Shown in pieces: positions 9,925 to 22,953 of a DNA stretch of 64,000 nucleotides (positions are counted from its first letter, which is position 1; the number at the start of each line of letters is the position of its first letter). A program made the translations under genes and the position numbers. The stretch lies in contig OY759729.1 of NCBI GenBank assembly GCA_963662585.1, positions 1,632,001 through 1,696,000 on the forward strand, in the 5' to 3' direction. This DNA is from Candidatus Cloacimonadales bacterium (GTDB lineage: Bacteria > Cloacimonadota > Cloacimonadia > Cloacimonadales > JAFGVF01). Under the pieces are notes generated by a model. That model saw only the letters and a list, made by a program, of their open reading frames with translations. It searched no databases and had not been told where the DNA came from.

Positions 9925-11169
9925 TTAATTGTGTCTTTTATTTCTTTTTGTGTCTGCAGGTCCAATAGAGATTTTTTCGCCTCTAAGCAAACTCATAACA
10001 CCTTCAGTAGATTTTCTTTCTTCTGAAACAAGTTGGCAGTAATCGCTATCATTCTGTTCCTTATATTCAGGTTCAGTATAAGTAGTAATAAAGCCTTCAT
10101 AGTTTCTGAGAATTGTTCTTCCAGGCATTTGAGAAACAATATAGTTTGGAAGAACAGGTATCTTACCACCACCACCTGGTGCATCAACAACATAAGTTGG
10201 GATACATAAACCAGAAGTGTGGCCTCTAAGTGATTCCATAATCTCAATACCTTTTGAAATAGGTGTTCTGAAATGAGAAATACCTTCTGAAAGATCACAT
10301 TGATAGATGTAGTAAGGTCTTACTCTATTCTTAACAAGAGTATGCACTAATTTCTTCATAACATCAACATGGTCATTAATACCTTTTAGGAGTACAGATT
10401 GGTTTCCTAGGACAACACCAGCATTAGCTAATTTTGCTAAAGCTTTCTGTGATTCAGGTGTCATTTCATTTGGATGATTAAAATGAGTGTTTAACCAGAT
10501 CATAGGATACTTTTTAAGCATAGCAATTAATTCATCATCAATTCTCTGAGGAAGCACAACAGGTATTCTAGAACCAATTCTAATGATATCAACATGGTCA
10601 ATAGCAGCGATTTCAGAAATAACTTCTTCTAATCTAGCTGTTGAGAGTGTTAAAGGATCTCCACCCGAAAGAATAACATCTCTAACTTCTTTAGTATTTC
10701 GGATGTATTCAATAGCCTTGGAAACATTATCTTTAGGCATGGGAGCATCATGCTCTCCTGCTTTTCTTCTTCTGGTACAATGACGGCAATACATTGAGCA
10801 TTGGTCAGTGAGAAGAAGTAAGGTCCTATCAGGATATCTATGAGTTAAACCCGGAGTTGGAGAATCAGTATCTTCATGCAATGGATCGTCCATGTCGGTC
10901 GTAACTAATTTTGATTCTTGAATCTTGGGAATAGCCTGCATTCTAACAGGATCATTAGGATTATTTTGATCAATAATCGATAAGTAATAAGGGGTAATTG
11001 CCATTCTAAATGGGAAATTATCACCTGCAAAAACTGCTTCCTCATCAGGGGTAAGTTTTATATATTTCTTCAAGCCTTCATGGCTAGTAATTCTATTCTT
11101 CAATTGCCAATGCCAGTCATTCCACTGTTCTTCTGTAGCAATTGTTTTAATATCTATAAGTTCGGACAT
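9925..11169 (-). CDS. kamA: Lysine 2,3-aminomutase
   Basis: HRYPDR, CSMYCRHCTRRR, LSGGDPL, VDAPGGGGKIP; adjacent to kdd. Confidence 0.95.
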   Translation of the reverse strand: MSELIDIKTIATEEQWNDWHWQLKNRITSHEGLKKYIKLTPDEEAVFAGDNFPFRMAITPYYLSIIDQNNPNDPVRMQAIPKIQESKLVTTDMDDPLHEDTDSPTPGLTHRYPDRTLLLLTDQCSMYCRHCTRRRKAGEHDAPMPKDNVSKAIEYIRNTKEVRDVILSGGDPLTLSTARLEEVISEIAAIDHVDIIRIGSRIPVVLPQRIDDELIAMLKKYPMIWLNTHFNHPNEMTPESQKALAKLANAGVVLGNQSVLLKGINDHVDVMKKLVHTLVKNRVRPYYIYQCDLSEGISHFRTPISKGIEIMESLRGHTSGLCIPTYVVDAPGGGGKIPVLPNYIVSQMPGRTILRNYEGFITTYTEPEYKEQNDSDYCQLVSEERKSTEGVMSLLRGEKISIGPADTKRNKRHN

Positions 11170-11183
11170 TCACCCTCCCTTGG

Positions 11184-12245
11184 TTAGTCAGTGTATCTTT
11201 GTTTAAATAACTCCATTAAGTAAGAGTTGCGTTTTAATAAATCAATTGAAATCATAGCGTGATTATGAGCATAACCATTACCAAGAATCATATCGACATC
11301 AGCACCGATACCCTCAGCACCAAGAGCTGCTTTTGTGAATGAAGTAGCCATTGAGAAGAAATATACTGTACCACGATCTTTACATGCCATAATTGTGGAC
11401 ATCTCAGAATTATCGACATTCACCACATTAATTACTAAGTCAGCCATTTTGCCGTCAGTTGCTTTATGCACGATTTCTTCAACTTGAATTGCATTAGTAG
11501 CATCACCGATGAAAACTTCATTACAACCTGATTTTAAGGCAGCTTCAATAGATCTTTCATTATGAACAATACCAATAACTTTTCCAGAAATACCAACTCT
11601 TTCACGGCTAACAGCATTACATAAAACACCTGATTTTCCGCCAGCACCAAGAACAACTACGGTATCACCTACTTTAGCTAATCTCTCAACTTGTGCAGGA
11701 GCACCAGCTACATCAAGAACTGATAATGCTAAATTAATATCCATATCATCTGGTAATTTTGCATAGATTCCTGATGAGAAAAGAATTGCTTGGCCTTCTA
11801 ATTCAACTTGATCTTTCTCTAAGATAACTTTTTTGATTTTCTTAACTTTTAAAGGAGTAAGGGATAAAGAGACTAAAGTAGCTATTAAATCACCCTCTTT
11901 AACTTCTTCTTTCATTTCAAAATTAGGGCCAATCTTAGCGATTCTACCGATAAGCATTCCGCCAGAACCAGTATCTTCATTCTTGTGTTTTCCAGTTCTT
12001 TCTGTTAAATCTATAACATGATTAGCAAAAGCTTGAGCTAAATCTTCTTTATGTCCTTGATTGATTAACTTATTTTTAATTTGATGAAATGATGCAGAGT
12101 CAATATTTAATCTTATCACATCTATAAGCATCTCGTTGTCCCAAATCTCTGTCATATCATTATCCACAACTCTTGCAGGTTGCGGTAAAACACCCTTAGG
12201 TTCAATTACTCTATGAGTTCCATAGCGGTTTCCATTAGTTTTCAT
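11184..12245 (-). CDS. kdd: L-erythro-3,5-diaminohexanoate dehydrogenase
   Basis: YGTHRVIEPKGVLPQPA, TGSGGMLIG, LVSLSLTPL, FFSMATSFTKAALGAEG. Confidence 0.92.
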   Translation of the reverse strand: MKTNGNRYGTHRVIEPKGVLPQPARVVDNDMTEIWDNEMLIDVIRLNIDSASFHQIKNKLINQGHKEDLAQAFANHVIDLTERTGKHKNEDTGSGGMLIGRIAKIGPNFEMKEEVKEGDLIATLVSLSLTPLKVKKIKKVILEKDQVELEGQAILFSSGIYAKLPDDMDINLALSVLDVAGAPAQVERLAKVGDTVVVLGAGGKSGVLCNAVSRERVGISGKVIGIVHNERSIEAALKSGCNEVFIGDATNAIQVEEIVHKATDGKMADLVINVVNVDNSEMSTIMACKDRGTVYFFSMATSFTKAALGAEGIGADVDMILGNGYAHNHAMISIDLLKRNSYLMELFKQRYTD

Positions 12246-12601
12246 ATTTCCTCCATCATTAATTAATTTCTATATTTACTTTTAACAATAATCTATAAAG
12301 TTACTAATTTATACCATAAAAAAATTATTCTAAAGATAGTCAATATAAAAATCTTGATTCTCTTAGAAGTTGGAAAGAGACTCTTCAACCATCATTCTAC
12401 CTCTTCAAACAACTTATCTAGAGAAAAAGAAATTATTATGCATATTCGTGGGCTTTTCTGGACATTTCAATCCCTATATCAGTGTGAAGTTATCATTTAC
12501 GAACATAAAGTCTGCCTCTAATAGTAATATTATAAAAATAGGGTAAGACTTAAGTTACCCTATAAAATATACCAGTGGTGTCGCTCAAGCAAAACTTTAT
12601 C

Positions 12602-14932
12602 CTATTTCATCAACATGACCTTTTTTACTGCTATATTTGTTCCAGATTGAATTTTTACAAAATAAATTCCAGAAGCTACCCTACTTCCTTTATCGTTTGC
12701 TCCATCCCACATTATACTGTTTTCTCCTTTTCTGAACACTTCCTTAGCTATCGATCTTATCTTTTGTCCTCTAATATTATAGATTCCAATACTGACTTTA
12801 GAAGTTTCAGGGTTGTTAAAACTAATGGTGGTGGTTGGGTTAAATGGATTAGGAAAAACATTAACCTGTAATTTGTTCATAATATTATATTCATCCACTT
12901 CATTACTAACAGGGGGAGCTCCAAACTCATAGGCCCCAATATCTACCCTATTATTCCATACTCTTTGGTTTCCTAAGAGGTCTGTTTGAGGTAAGGTTAC
13001 TGCCAATAAATCAGGATTACCTGCATCAATACAAGGAGAACCTGACGCAAGACTATAATAAAGGTCTTCATCATTTCCCTGAGTAAATAAGGGGTCAATA
13101 TCCAAATTTGTATCTAAATAATTTACAGTATTGCCATAGGGAATTATTATATTCCCTATTCCTCCCTCAAACAAAGAATAGTCAATAGTTAAAATAGATT
13201 CAAAATCTTCGTTTAGTTTTATTTGGTAAGGGCTATCATTATTATAAAAGATTGAATTTGTAAGATTAATTTCACCCCATACTTCAATAACTTCATGATT
13301 ACTTGAGTTATCTGAAAATGTACAATTAATAATATCTATTGGGGAATTTTCATCTGATCCAGCACCAATAATATCAAAATTTATTGTACTCAGACCTGTA
13401 AACTGACAGTTAGTTAGACTATATGAATTATTACTATTATCTAGACCTGGCTGATAACCCAAATTTATTAACCTTGTGTCGTCATCCATTACTGTCAAAT
13501 TTCTAAATATGCAGTTTTCAAATTCTATTGCACCGTGAACATAAATATTAAACAATGGCTTTGCCCAGGCATCACTATGTTCATATGTGGAAGTTGCATT
13601 CTGAAAGATGCAATTCTTAAATATCCCAGATGTTGTTCTCCAAAAATGAACAAAACCACCATTATCAGTTTCGAAGTCTTCCATGATAACATTTGTCATA
13701 TTTATGTTTATGGCATCAGCTAAACCAATTATGGCGGAAGGACCAGGCTGAAAATCGTGAATCCTCAAATTTTTAAAGCCAAAATCTGATTCAAAAAACC
13801 CCTGGAAAGCTTGAGTATAGTTCATACTTTCAAAAGTTAAATCCATGTCTTCAATATTGTAGTTACTTTGGTTTCGAGAAAAGAAGATGGGATATAAATC
13901 ATCTAAAGACTCCACACATCTATCCCCAATAATATAAGTTTCATCTCTACCACTTCCCTTAACTGTTATATTGCTTTTAAGAGAAATAGGATAAAATTGA
14001 TTATTCTCTTCTGTGGAGTAGGTTCCAGCCAGTAAATGAACAGTTTTAGGTGCTAAGCTATCTGAAGCAATATAATAAACAGCTTTCTGAATTGTTTTCA
14101 TGGCAGTTTCTGGAGTCAGTCCATCATTATCATCATCACCTGTGGGGGATACATATAAATCGTGATTAATTGTTTCATGTTCAGCAGTTAAGCTATGTAC
14201 TGTTATAGTATGGTTAAGATCATACCTATTAATAATATCTGAATAATAATGCGAGTTATCGTTCGTAGATGTTTTATCCAAGTGAATAACAACATCAAGT
14301 GTTACACTATATGCATAAAGGTCTTGTGCCCAAGCAGCTCTGTTATTATACACTGAATTTCTATTGTCCATATCAAAACTAATTGGTTGCATTATTGACT
14401 CCCCAGCAAGACAAACTCCACCTCCACTATAAGCTGAATTATCAAAAATATTACAACCTTCCATATTTACTGGACCTCTATAAACATAAACTCCTCCACC
14501 CTCCGAAGCGTAATTATTGTAGATTTTACAATTAATTAATGAACCTGTAGATCGGTTCTTAAAATAAACTCCTCCTCCGTAGGTATCTTCTCCATTAGTA
14601 ATGGAAAAGCCTCTAATCATAATATTTTCAACTTCGCTAAAGACTGTGATAACACTATTAACCCCTGCTCCATCAATTATTGTTGAATCGATATAGCTTT
14701 GATTATTGGTGATTGCTTCCAAACTTATTAAGGAAATATTATCGGTTCTAAAATTGATTATTTCAGTATAATATCCTGGATGAACCAATATTGTGTCTCC
14801 TTCGACAGCTTCATTTACTGCTGTAAAGATAGAAGTATAATCACCAGTATTATCCAACGAAACATTTTTTATCACACTGTTCAGATTTATTCCTATACTA
14901 AAAGCTAATATAATAAGTAATATTTTCCTCAT
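12602..14932 (-). CDS. Secreted right-handed beta-helix (DUF1565-like) protein with FlgD/T9SS C-terminal domain
   Basis: Signal peptide; GGGVY repeats; LYVSPTGDDDNDG; SPCIDAG...DIGAYE; FPNPFNP...KKVMLMK. Confidence 0.85.
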   Translation of the reverse strand: MRKILLIILAFSIGINLNSVIKNVSLDNTGDYTSIFTAVNEAVEGDTILVHPGYYTEIINFRTDNISLISLEAITNNQSYIDSTIIDGAGVNSVITVFSEVENIMIRGFSITNGEDTYGGGVYFKNRSTGSLINCKIYNNYASEGGGVYVYRGPVNMEGCNIFDNSAYSGGGVCLAGESIMQPISFDMDNRNSVYNNRAAWAQDLYAYSVTLDVVIHLDKTSTNDNSHYYSDIINRYDLNHTITVHSLTAEHETINHDLYVSPTGDDDNDGLTPETAMKTIQKAVYYIASDSLAPKTVHLLAGTYSTEENNQFYPISLKSNITVKGSGRDETYIIGDRCVESLDDLYPIFFSRNQSNYNIEDMDLTFESMNYTQAFQGFFESDFGFKNLRIHDFQPGPSAIIGLADAININMTNVIMEDFETDNGGFVHFWRTTSGIFKNCIFQNATSTYEHSDAWAKPLFNIYVHGAIEFENCIFRNLTVMDDDTRLINLGYQPGLDNSNNSYSLTNCQFTGLSTINFDIIGAGSDENSPIDIINCTFSDNSSNHEVIEVWGEINLTNSIFYNNDSPYQIKLNEDFESILTIDYSLFEGGIGNIIIPYGNTVNYLDTNLDIDPLFTQGNDEDLYYSLASGSPCIDAGNPDLLAVTLPQTDLLGNQRVWNNRVDIGAYEFGAPPVSNEVDEYNIMNKLQVNVFPNPFNPTTTISFNNPETSKVSIGIYNIRGQKIRSIAKEVFRKGENSIMWDGANDKGSRVASGIYFVKIQSGTNIAVKKVMLMK

Positions 14933-14953
14933 CTCTTCTCCTATAAAATTCAT

Positions 14954-14981
14954 AAGAAGAGGAGGAGGTCCTCCTCTTCTT
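14954..14981. terminator. Strong hairpin, terminator-like
   Basis: AAGAAGAGGAGG-aggt-CCTCCTCTTCTT. Confidence 0.6.
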
Positions 14982-14996
14982 TTATTATTCTATTTT

Positions 14997-15192
14997 TAAA
15001 TAATTATTTTTATAACATGGCTTCTATTTCCATCTTTAACTTTGAGGATGTATATGTCTAACGGATAATCTAAATTTAGAATCCGAGTAAGTCCATTTTT
15101 TTGATTAAATTAATTTTCGAGTGAACTAATCTACCTCGAAGATCATAAAAAGACAGGTTAATCAAAGAAGATTTCACACTCTGACAATTTAC
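14997..15192 (-). pseudogene. Frameshifted remnant of a T9SS-type C-terminal domain
   Basis: INLSFYDLRGRLVHSK, then a frame change in an A7 run, then LDYPLDIYILKVKDGNRSHVIKIII*. Confidence 0.55.
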
Positions 15193-15221
15193 TTTTCAAC
15201 ATAAATCATCATGATTCAAAG

Positions 15222-15240
15222 TTATGCAATTTGCAAACCT
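15222..15240 (-). promoter_or_regulatory. Candidate sigma-54 promoter
   Basis: AGGTTTGCAAATTGCATAA; GG-N10-GC with the same TTGCATAA as the site at 3760. Confidence 0.45.
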
Positions 15241-15404
15241 ATATCAATAACTTTTTAGAATCTTTAATATTTCAAGATATACAATCAATAACTTAGTTAC
15301 AAATCCATGATAAATAAGTTCAAACTCAACTCTTCTAAAAAATTCCTTTACAACAAAAGAGCTAAATTTGATAAGTGAGTAAAGAAGATGAAAAATAGGT
15401 AAAT

Positions 15405-16478
15405 ATGGATAAAAGAAGAGATAAATTAAGGACTAAGACTACAGAAAGGAAGTTCAAAAACATTGATATTGATAATATTGATGACTTTTTGGATGAAGAT
15501 TATAGTCATGAGAAGAAAGCCATTAGTAGAGGTCAGAATAGGAACAAAAAAACTCTTAAGAGAGATGTTGAACTTGAAGAAGGTTTAATCACAGCGATTA
15601 TGACCAATAATATGTTCAAAATCAGACTTAAAGGGGAAGAAGTTCTTGCCCTTTTAGGTGGAAGACTCAAACAATTTATGTTCAATCAAAGACGCGTAAT
15701 GGCTGTTGGAGATAAGGTAAAACTCGATATTTCTCAGGGAACACCCTATCGAATTGAAGAGCTTATTGATCGCAAAAACAAGTTAATGAGATATTCTGAA
15801 GGTAGCTACCAGAAAGAGATTCTTATTGCTAGTAATATGGATTATGCTATTATCACAGTATCTTGTGTCCTTCCTATGCTAAAATTAGGAATGATAGATA
15901 GATTTATTATTCAATGTGCTATTGACAACATAGAACCGGTGATTTGTGTTAATAAGATAGATTTGGTGGATGACTTAGATTACTACCAAGAGATGCTTAC
16001 CTATTATGTGGAAAGTGGTTATAAAGTATTCTTTGTGTCTGCTACCACAGGTGCTGGTCTTGATAAACTTAAAGAGCTTCTAACAGATAAAATTTCCGTC
16101 TTCTCAGGTCAATCAGGAGTAGGAAAAAGCTCTGTAATTAATGCTTTGATGCCAAGTTTAGACCTTAAAGTAGGAGAAATTAGTAACTTTAATGAAAAAG
16201 GAAGACACACTACAACAAATTCTAAACTCTTGGAGTGGGAGTTTGGTGGTTTTTTAGTTGATACTCCTGGTATTAAAACTTTAGCTCTAAAGCGAGACAA
16301 TGTAAGCTTAGTCTATAATAAATTCCCTGGATTTGATAGATTCTCTTGTTATTTTAACAACTGTACCCATACTCATGAAGACAATTGTGGAGTATTAGAT
16401 GCTGTAGATAGAGGAGAAATACCTCTTAAAGTTTATGAATCATATTTAAGAATAACTGAATCGGTGAATTATGAATAA
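15405..16478 (+). CDS. rsgA: Ribosome small subunit-dependent GTPase
   Basis: Circularly permuted NKID, GQSGVGKSS, GRHTTT, DTPG; C-terminal C..C.H..E..C. Confidence 0.95.
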   Translation: MDKRRDKLRTKTTERKFKNIDIDNIDDFLDEDYSHEKKAISRGQNRNKKTLKRDVELEEGLITAIMTNNMFKIRLKGEEVLALLGGRLKQFMFNQRRVMAVGDKVKLDISQGTPYRIEELIDRKNKLMRYSEGSYQKEILIASNMDYAIITVSCVLPMLKLGMIDRFIIQCAIDNIEPVICVNKIDLVDDLDYYQEMLTYYVESGYKVFFVSATTGAGLDKLKELLTDKISVFSGQSGVGKSSVINALMPSLDLKVGEISNFNEKGRHTTTNSKLLEWEFGGFLVDTPGIKTLALKRDNVSLVYNKFPGFDRFSCYFNNCTHTHEDNCGVLDAVDRGEIPLKVYESYLRITESVNYE

Positions 16479-17325
16479 ATTTGGAATTTTTATCCATACA
16501 GAATATTATGATAAGCAGAAACAGAGTGAGCTTATCCAGAAACTATATGACAATTATGATATTGAATTTTATGGATTTGATGATCAGTTAGAGATTTTAC
16601 CAGACTTTGTTAAACCCTATCATATTGGCAAAAATATCACTCTTAACTCTATCTTAGTTTTTGGCGGTGATGGTACTATTTTAAGAGCAAAGAAATATGC
16701 TCTCCTCACAAAAGCTCCCCTGCTTGGAATTAATATCGGCAAGTTAGGCTTTCTATCTGAAACAAAGCCTGAATTATTAGAAAAATCTATACAGCTTTTA
16801 ATAAACAATAAGTACAAGATTCAATCAAGGTTATTATTAGATATCAAAGTTTTTCGCGATAATAAGTTAATTTATCGTGATTTAGCCCTTAATGATGTTG
16901 TTCTTTTTAGAGCTAACACTCCTAAAATGATTGAAGTAAAAATCAAAACTAATGATAGGTTAATCTACACAACAAGATGCGATGGATTAGTTGCTTCAAC
17001 GCCTACCGGTTCTACTGCTTATTCTCTCTCAGGAGGAGGACCAATTCTAGACCCTCTAATGGAAGCCATAGTATTTTGTCCGTTAAACCCTCATATTCTT
17101 TCCATTCGACCTATAGTTTTTTCAGCCAAAGACTTGCTTTCTTTTGAGCTAATTAGCTGTCACGACCAACCTCTTCTTCAAGTAGATGGGGTAAATGTTA
17201 TTTCCTTACTTGCCGGAGATACAATAAAGATAATTGGAGCGACTAAAAAAGTAAATTTCATTAAGCTATCAAATAAAACTTTCTATCAGATTATGCGTAA
17301 AAAGATGCACATGGGGAGAATATGA
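16471..17325 (+). CDS. nadK: NAD kinase
   Basis: GGDGT, GINIGKLGFL, LND, DGLVASTPTGSTAYSLSGGGP. Confidence 0.95.
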   Translation: MNKFGIFIHTEYYDKQKQSELIQKLYDNYDIEFYGFDDQLEILPDFVKPYHIGKNITLNSILVFGGDGTILRAKKYALLTKAPLLGINIGKLGFLSETKPELLEKSIQLLINNKYKIQSRLLLDIKVFRDNKLIYRDLALNDVVLFRANTPKMIEVKIKTNDRLIYTTRCDGLVASTPTGSTAYSLSGGGPILDPLMEAIVFCPLNPHILSIRPIVFSAKDLLSFELISCHDQPLLQVDGVNVISLLAGDTIKIIGATKKVNFIKLSNKTFYQIMRKKMHMGRI

Positions 17326-19028
17326 TATTAAGAATTAAGTTTAAGAATTTTGTTCTTATTAAAGATTTAGAATTAGATTTTCAAGCAGGAATGACCGTTA
17401 TAACTGGTGAGACAGGAGCAGGAAAATCTGTCTTGGTAGGTGGTTTAAATCTAGTTCTTGGCGGTATGGTTCGTGGTAATTATTTCTATGAGAAGGATAA
17501 GAATATTTACCTGGAAGTAGATTTCAATATAGATAACAATAATCAGCTTCTATTAGATTTGATTAGTAAGTATAGTATTGAAGCTGAAGATAATGAACTG
17601 TTTTTTGTAAAAGAAATTAATGCTAATGGAAAAACAGGAAGCTTCATCAACGGTAGAAGAGTAACAAATAGTATTATTAAGGAATTCCGCGATGTTTTGC
17701 TTGATTTTCATTCTCAAAATGAACAACTTAACCTTAATGAACCAGAATACCAGTTGCAGGTTTTAGACTCTTATGGAGAACTGGATAATCTCAGAAATGA
17801 AGTCACTTCCTGCTATCTTGAATGGAAAAAAGAGAAACAAAAACTCAAGGATTTAATAAAAAAAGATAAAGATTTACAAGAAAAGACTAAACTTTATGAA
17901 TATCAAGTAGCAGAATTAGAAGCAATGAATTTACGCGAGGAAGAAGTTGCTGACCTAGACCATGAATACAATGTCTTAATTAATGCTGATAGAATTGTCA
18001 CGACAAGTAGAGATATTGTGCAAGAGTTTTATGAGGTTGAAAACTCTTTAATCGATAGATTCAGTCTAGCTCTTAACAAATTATCTGAGTTTAGTGATGA
18101 TTTAGCTCAGATTAAAACAGCAAATGAGTTCTTCTATGATGCTAAGTCTTTAATAGAAGATGGAATAAGCAGTTTAAGAGAAGTGGAAGATGTGGTCTCT
18201 ATCGATCAAGAGAGATTGCAACTTGTTGAAGATAGAATTAAAAGTATTGAAGAGATGAAAACTAAATATCACCTTAATAGTGTTAAACTACTACTTAATT
18301 ATTATAATGAGATTAACGAATTCTTATTAAATAAATCTCTCTTGACTAATGATATAAATAAACAAAAAGAATTTATTTCGTCTCTTGAAACAAAGCTACT
18401 TAAAATTTCTGACAAACTCTCTAAACAGAGAAATAAATATGCCCAAAATCTTAAATCTGAAATAGAAGCAAATATTGAATACCTCTCTCTTCCTAAAGCG
18501 AAAGTTAGATTTGCTTTTAATAGCGTAAATAATGAGAATAAACTCAGAGAACTTACTGAAACAGGCTATGATCAAATTAATCTTCTTTTCTCTGCAAACT
18601 TAGGTGTTGATCTACAACCATTAAAAGAATCTGCTTCTGGTGGAGAACTTTCTAGGATGCTTTTAGCCCTAAAAAAGATTCTTTCAGATAAACTCCAAGC
18701 TCGCTCGATAATTTTTGATGAAATTGATGTTGGTATCGGCGGTAATACAGCTCTATATATTGCTGACTACATAGCTAAAATCGGTAATAAGCACCAAGTA
18801 ATTTGTATAACCCACCTGCCTCAAGTAGCTGCGAAAGGGACAAATCACTTTAAAATTTTAAAAACAGTTGATGATAAAAAAACTGAAATTGATATAAAAC
18901 AATTAGACAATAATGAAAGAGAAATTGAAATTTCAAGAATGCTAGCAGGAACAGTCAGTAAAACATCTCTAAAACATGCTCAAGAGATTCTAAATTACAC
19001 TGACACTAATAATTCCCCAGATAAATAA
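17322..19028 (+). CDS. recN: DNA repair protein RecN
   Basis: TGETGAGKS, ASGGELSR, IFDEIDVGIGG, ITHLPQVAA. Confidence 0.95.
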   Translation: MILRIKFKNFVLIKDLELDFQAGMTVITGETGAGKSVLVGGLNLVLGGMVRGNYFYEKDKNIYLEVDFNIDNNNQLLLDLISKYSIEAEDNELFFVKEINANGKTGSFINGRRVTNSIIKEFRDVLLDFHSQNEQLNLNEPEYQLQVLDSYGELDNLRNEVTSCYLEWKKEKQKLKDLIKKDKDLQEKTKLYEYQVAELEAMNLREEEVADLDHEYNVLINADRIVTTSRDIVQEFYEVENSLIDRFSLALNKLSEFSDDLAQIKTANEFFYDAKSLIEDGISSLREVEDVVSIDQERLQLVEDRIKSIEEMKTKYHLNSVKLLLNYYNEINEFLLNKSLLTNDINKQKEFISSLETKLLKISDKLSKQRNKYAQNLKSEIEANIEYLSLPKAKVRFAFNSVNNENKLRELTETGYDQINLLFSANLGVDLQPLKESASGGELSRMLLALKKILSDKLQARSIIFDEIDVGIGGNTALYIADYIAKIGNKHQVICITHLPQVAAKGTNHFKILKTVDDKKTEIDIKQLDNNEREIEISRMLAGTVSKTSLKHAQEILNYTDTNNSPDK

Positions 19029-19162
19029 TATTTATTTATGTTACAACATTTGAGGGAAGATTTATTTGTTAATAGTTTATTTTAAAAAATATAATTGACA
19101 AGTTTTTACTTTAATAAATAATATTGCTTATACATATATATGTTAAATGAGAAGGAGCCATT

Positions 19163-20080
19163 GTGAGTAGAAAAAGTTATAGAAACACCAAAATTATTAT
19201 TATATTTGTAGTCTTATTAGCCCTGGCTTGGGCTTTTTACACCATAGGACTTCCCTTTGCGAAATCAGAATCTCGTGGTGCCCAAACCACTGCTAATTTA
19301 GAAGATGAGTTGTTATATCGTTGGGATAATGCCAAACGATCAAATTATAATGCCAAATTCGAAATGGTGATGGAAGTTAAAAACTTTGATAACATTGCTG
19401 ATTCTCTGGGATTTTTGTCAGAATATGTTGAAAAATACCGTGGTTCAATACTTTCTAAATATGAATTTATGGTTAGAGTTCCTGTAAGTGATACAAAAGA
19501 ATTTAATAGCAAAATCAAATCTCTAGCAAATTTAATAAAGTTTAGTAGCGATTACTCAACTGCTTTAAATATTGCCTCAGTTAGAGCATACAATGATAGT
19601 TTAGTAACCTTACAGGCACAAAGGAAGAATTTAGAGAAACTCAGAAGAGAGAATCCTAATATTAAAGGATATTCTCAAGATATTGAAGATACAGATAGAC
19701 ATATTGCTCGCATTAATAGTTTGAAGTTTTCTCTGCAAAACAAAGAATATGATCTCTATCTAATAGCTTTTTCTGAACAGTTTAATAAAGGTGTAGATTC
19801 TTCTGATTACATTAGAAGATTAGCAAAGCAATTTATAATTGCACTTGGAGCATTAGCTTTAGGTGTTCCATTAATTATGCTCGGTTCAAAACTTTTATTT
19901 AAAGTCCTTGGTATTGTCGGTGCATCCACAAGCCAATTGTATGGAAGCTATTATAACAAAAGCTATAAGAATGGAAATTACAGTGGTTATGGCTATAATT
20001 ATGGACGAAAGCGACAAGTGAAACGAGTCTATAAAGACAAGGCAAAGGGTGACGAAAAGAATTCGTCGGATAAAGCTTAA
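19163..20080 (+). CDS. Hypothetical membrane protein
   Basis: GTG start with AAGGAG RBS; two TM segments, a coiled coil and a Tyr/Gly-rich tail. Confidence 0.7.
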   Translation: MSRKSYRNTKIIIIFVVLLALAWAFYTIGLPFAKSESRGAQTTANLEDELLYRWDNAKRSNYNAKFEMVMEVKNFDNIADSLGFLSEYVEKYRGSILSKYEFMVRVPVSDTKEFNSKIKSLANLIKFSSDYSTALNIASVRAYNDSLVTLQAQRKNLEKLRRENPNIKGYSQDIEDTDRHIARINSLKFSLQNKEYDLYLIAFSEQFNKGVDSSDYIRRLAKQFIIALGALALGVPLIMLGSKLLFKVLGIVGASTSQLYGSYYNKSYKNGNYSGYGYNYGRKRQVKRVYKDKAKGDEKNSSDKA

Positions 20081-20141
20081 AACATAAACAAAATTAATAA
20101 TAACCGGCGTAAAGTCGGTTATTGTTTTAAAAGGAGATAGT

Positions 20142-20573
20142 ATGACTATGGACCCTTGGTTAATCTGGTTAATAATCGGAGTGATATGTGTAATCGTTGA
20201 GATATTCGACCCTGCAGTATTTTTCATCAGTTTTGGAATAGCTGGACTGATAACTAGTCCACTTTCAACTCTTGGCATACCTGTATGGTCTCAAATTCTC
20301 ATATTTGGAATTCTCAGCTTTGTCGTATTCCTTTTCATGAGGAAAGTTTATGAGAAGCTCTTCCAGAAAGAAAAAACTGAAACTAATGTCTATGCCTTAG
20401 TAGGCAAACAGGGTATTGTGATTACTGGAATTCCTCAAGATGGAAGAGGTGAAGTCAAAGTAGGTGGAGAAATCTGGACAGCTATTGCTAAAGATAATTT
20501 AGAAATCAATAATACTGAGAAAGTTACTGTTCTCAGTATTGAAGGAAATAAACTAATCGTTAAAAAAGTATAA
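20142..20573 (+). CDS. NfeD family protein
   Basis: Hydrophobic N-terminus; GEVKVGGEIWTA; upstream of an SPFH gene. Confidence 0.9.
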   Translation: MTMDPWLIWLIIGVICVIVEIFDPAVFFISFGIAGLITSPLSTLGIPVWSQILIFGILSFVVFLFMRKVYEKLFQKEKTETNVYALVGKQGIVITGIPQDGRGEVKVGGEIWTAIAKDNLEINNTEKVTVLSIEGNKLIVKKV

Positions 20574-20584
20574 AGGAGTAAAAA

Positions 20585-22845
<2,261 letters not shown>

Positions 22846-22862
22846 CATATAACACATAAAGT

Positions 22863-22892
22863 AAAACAGGGCTTCGTAAGAAGCCCTGTTTT
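22863..22892. terminator. Rho-independent terminator of eno
   Basis: AAAACAGGGCTTC-gtaa-GAAGCCCTGTTTT. Confidence 0.9.
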
Positions 22893-22953
22893 TATTGCTT
22901 TATTAAATTAGGCACTCTTTCAAGTAAAGTGGGTCTTAGAAAAAAAGAAATAT

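Noticed and set aside
12250..12540. Lysine riboswitch upstream of kdd-kamA
   Set aside because: No recognisable L-box conserved elements
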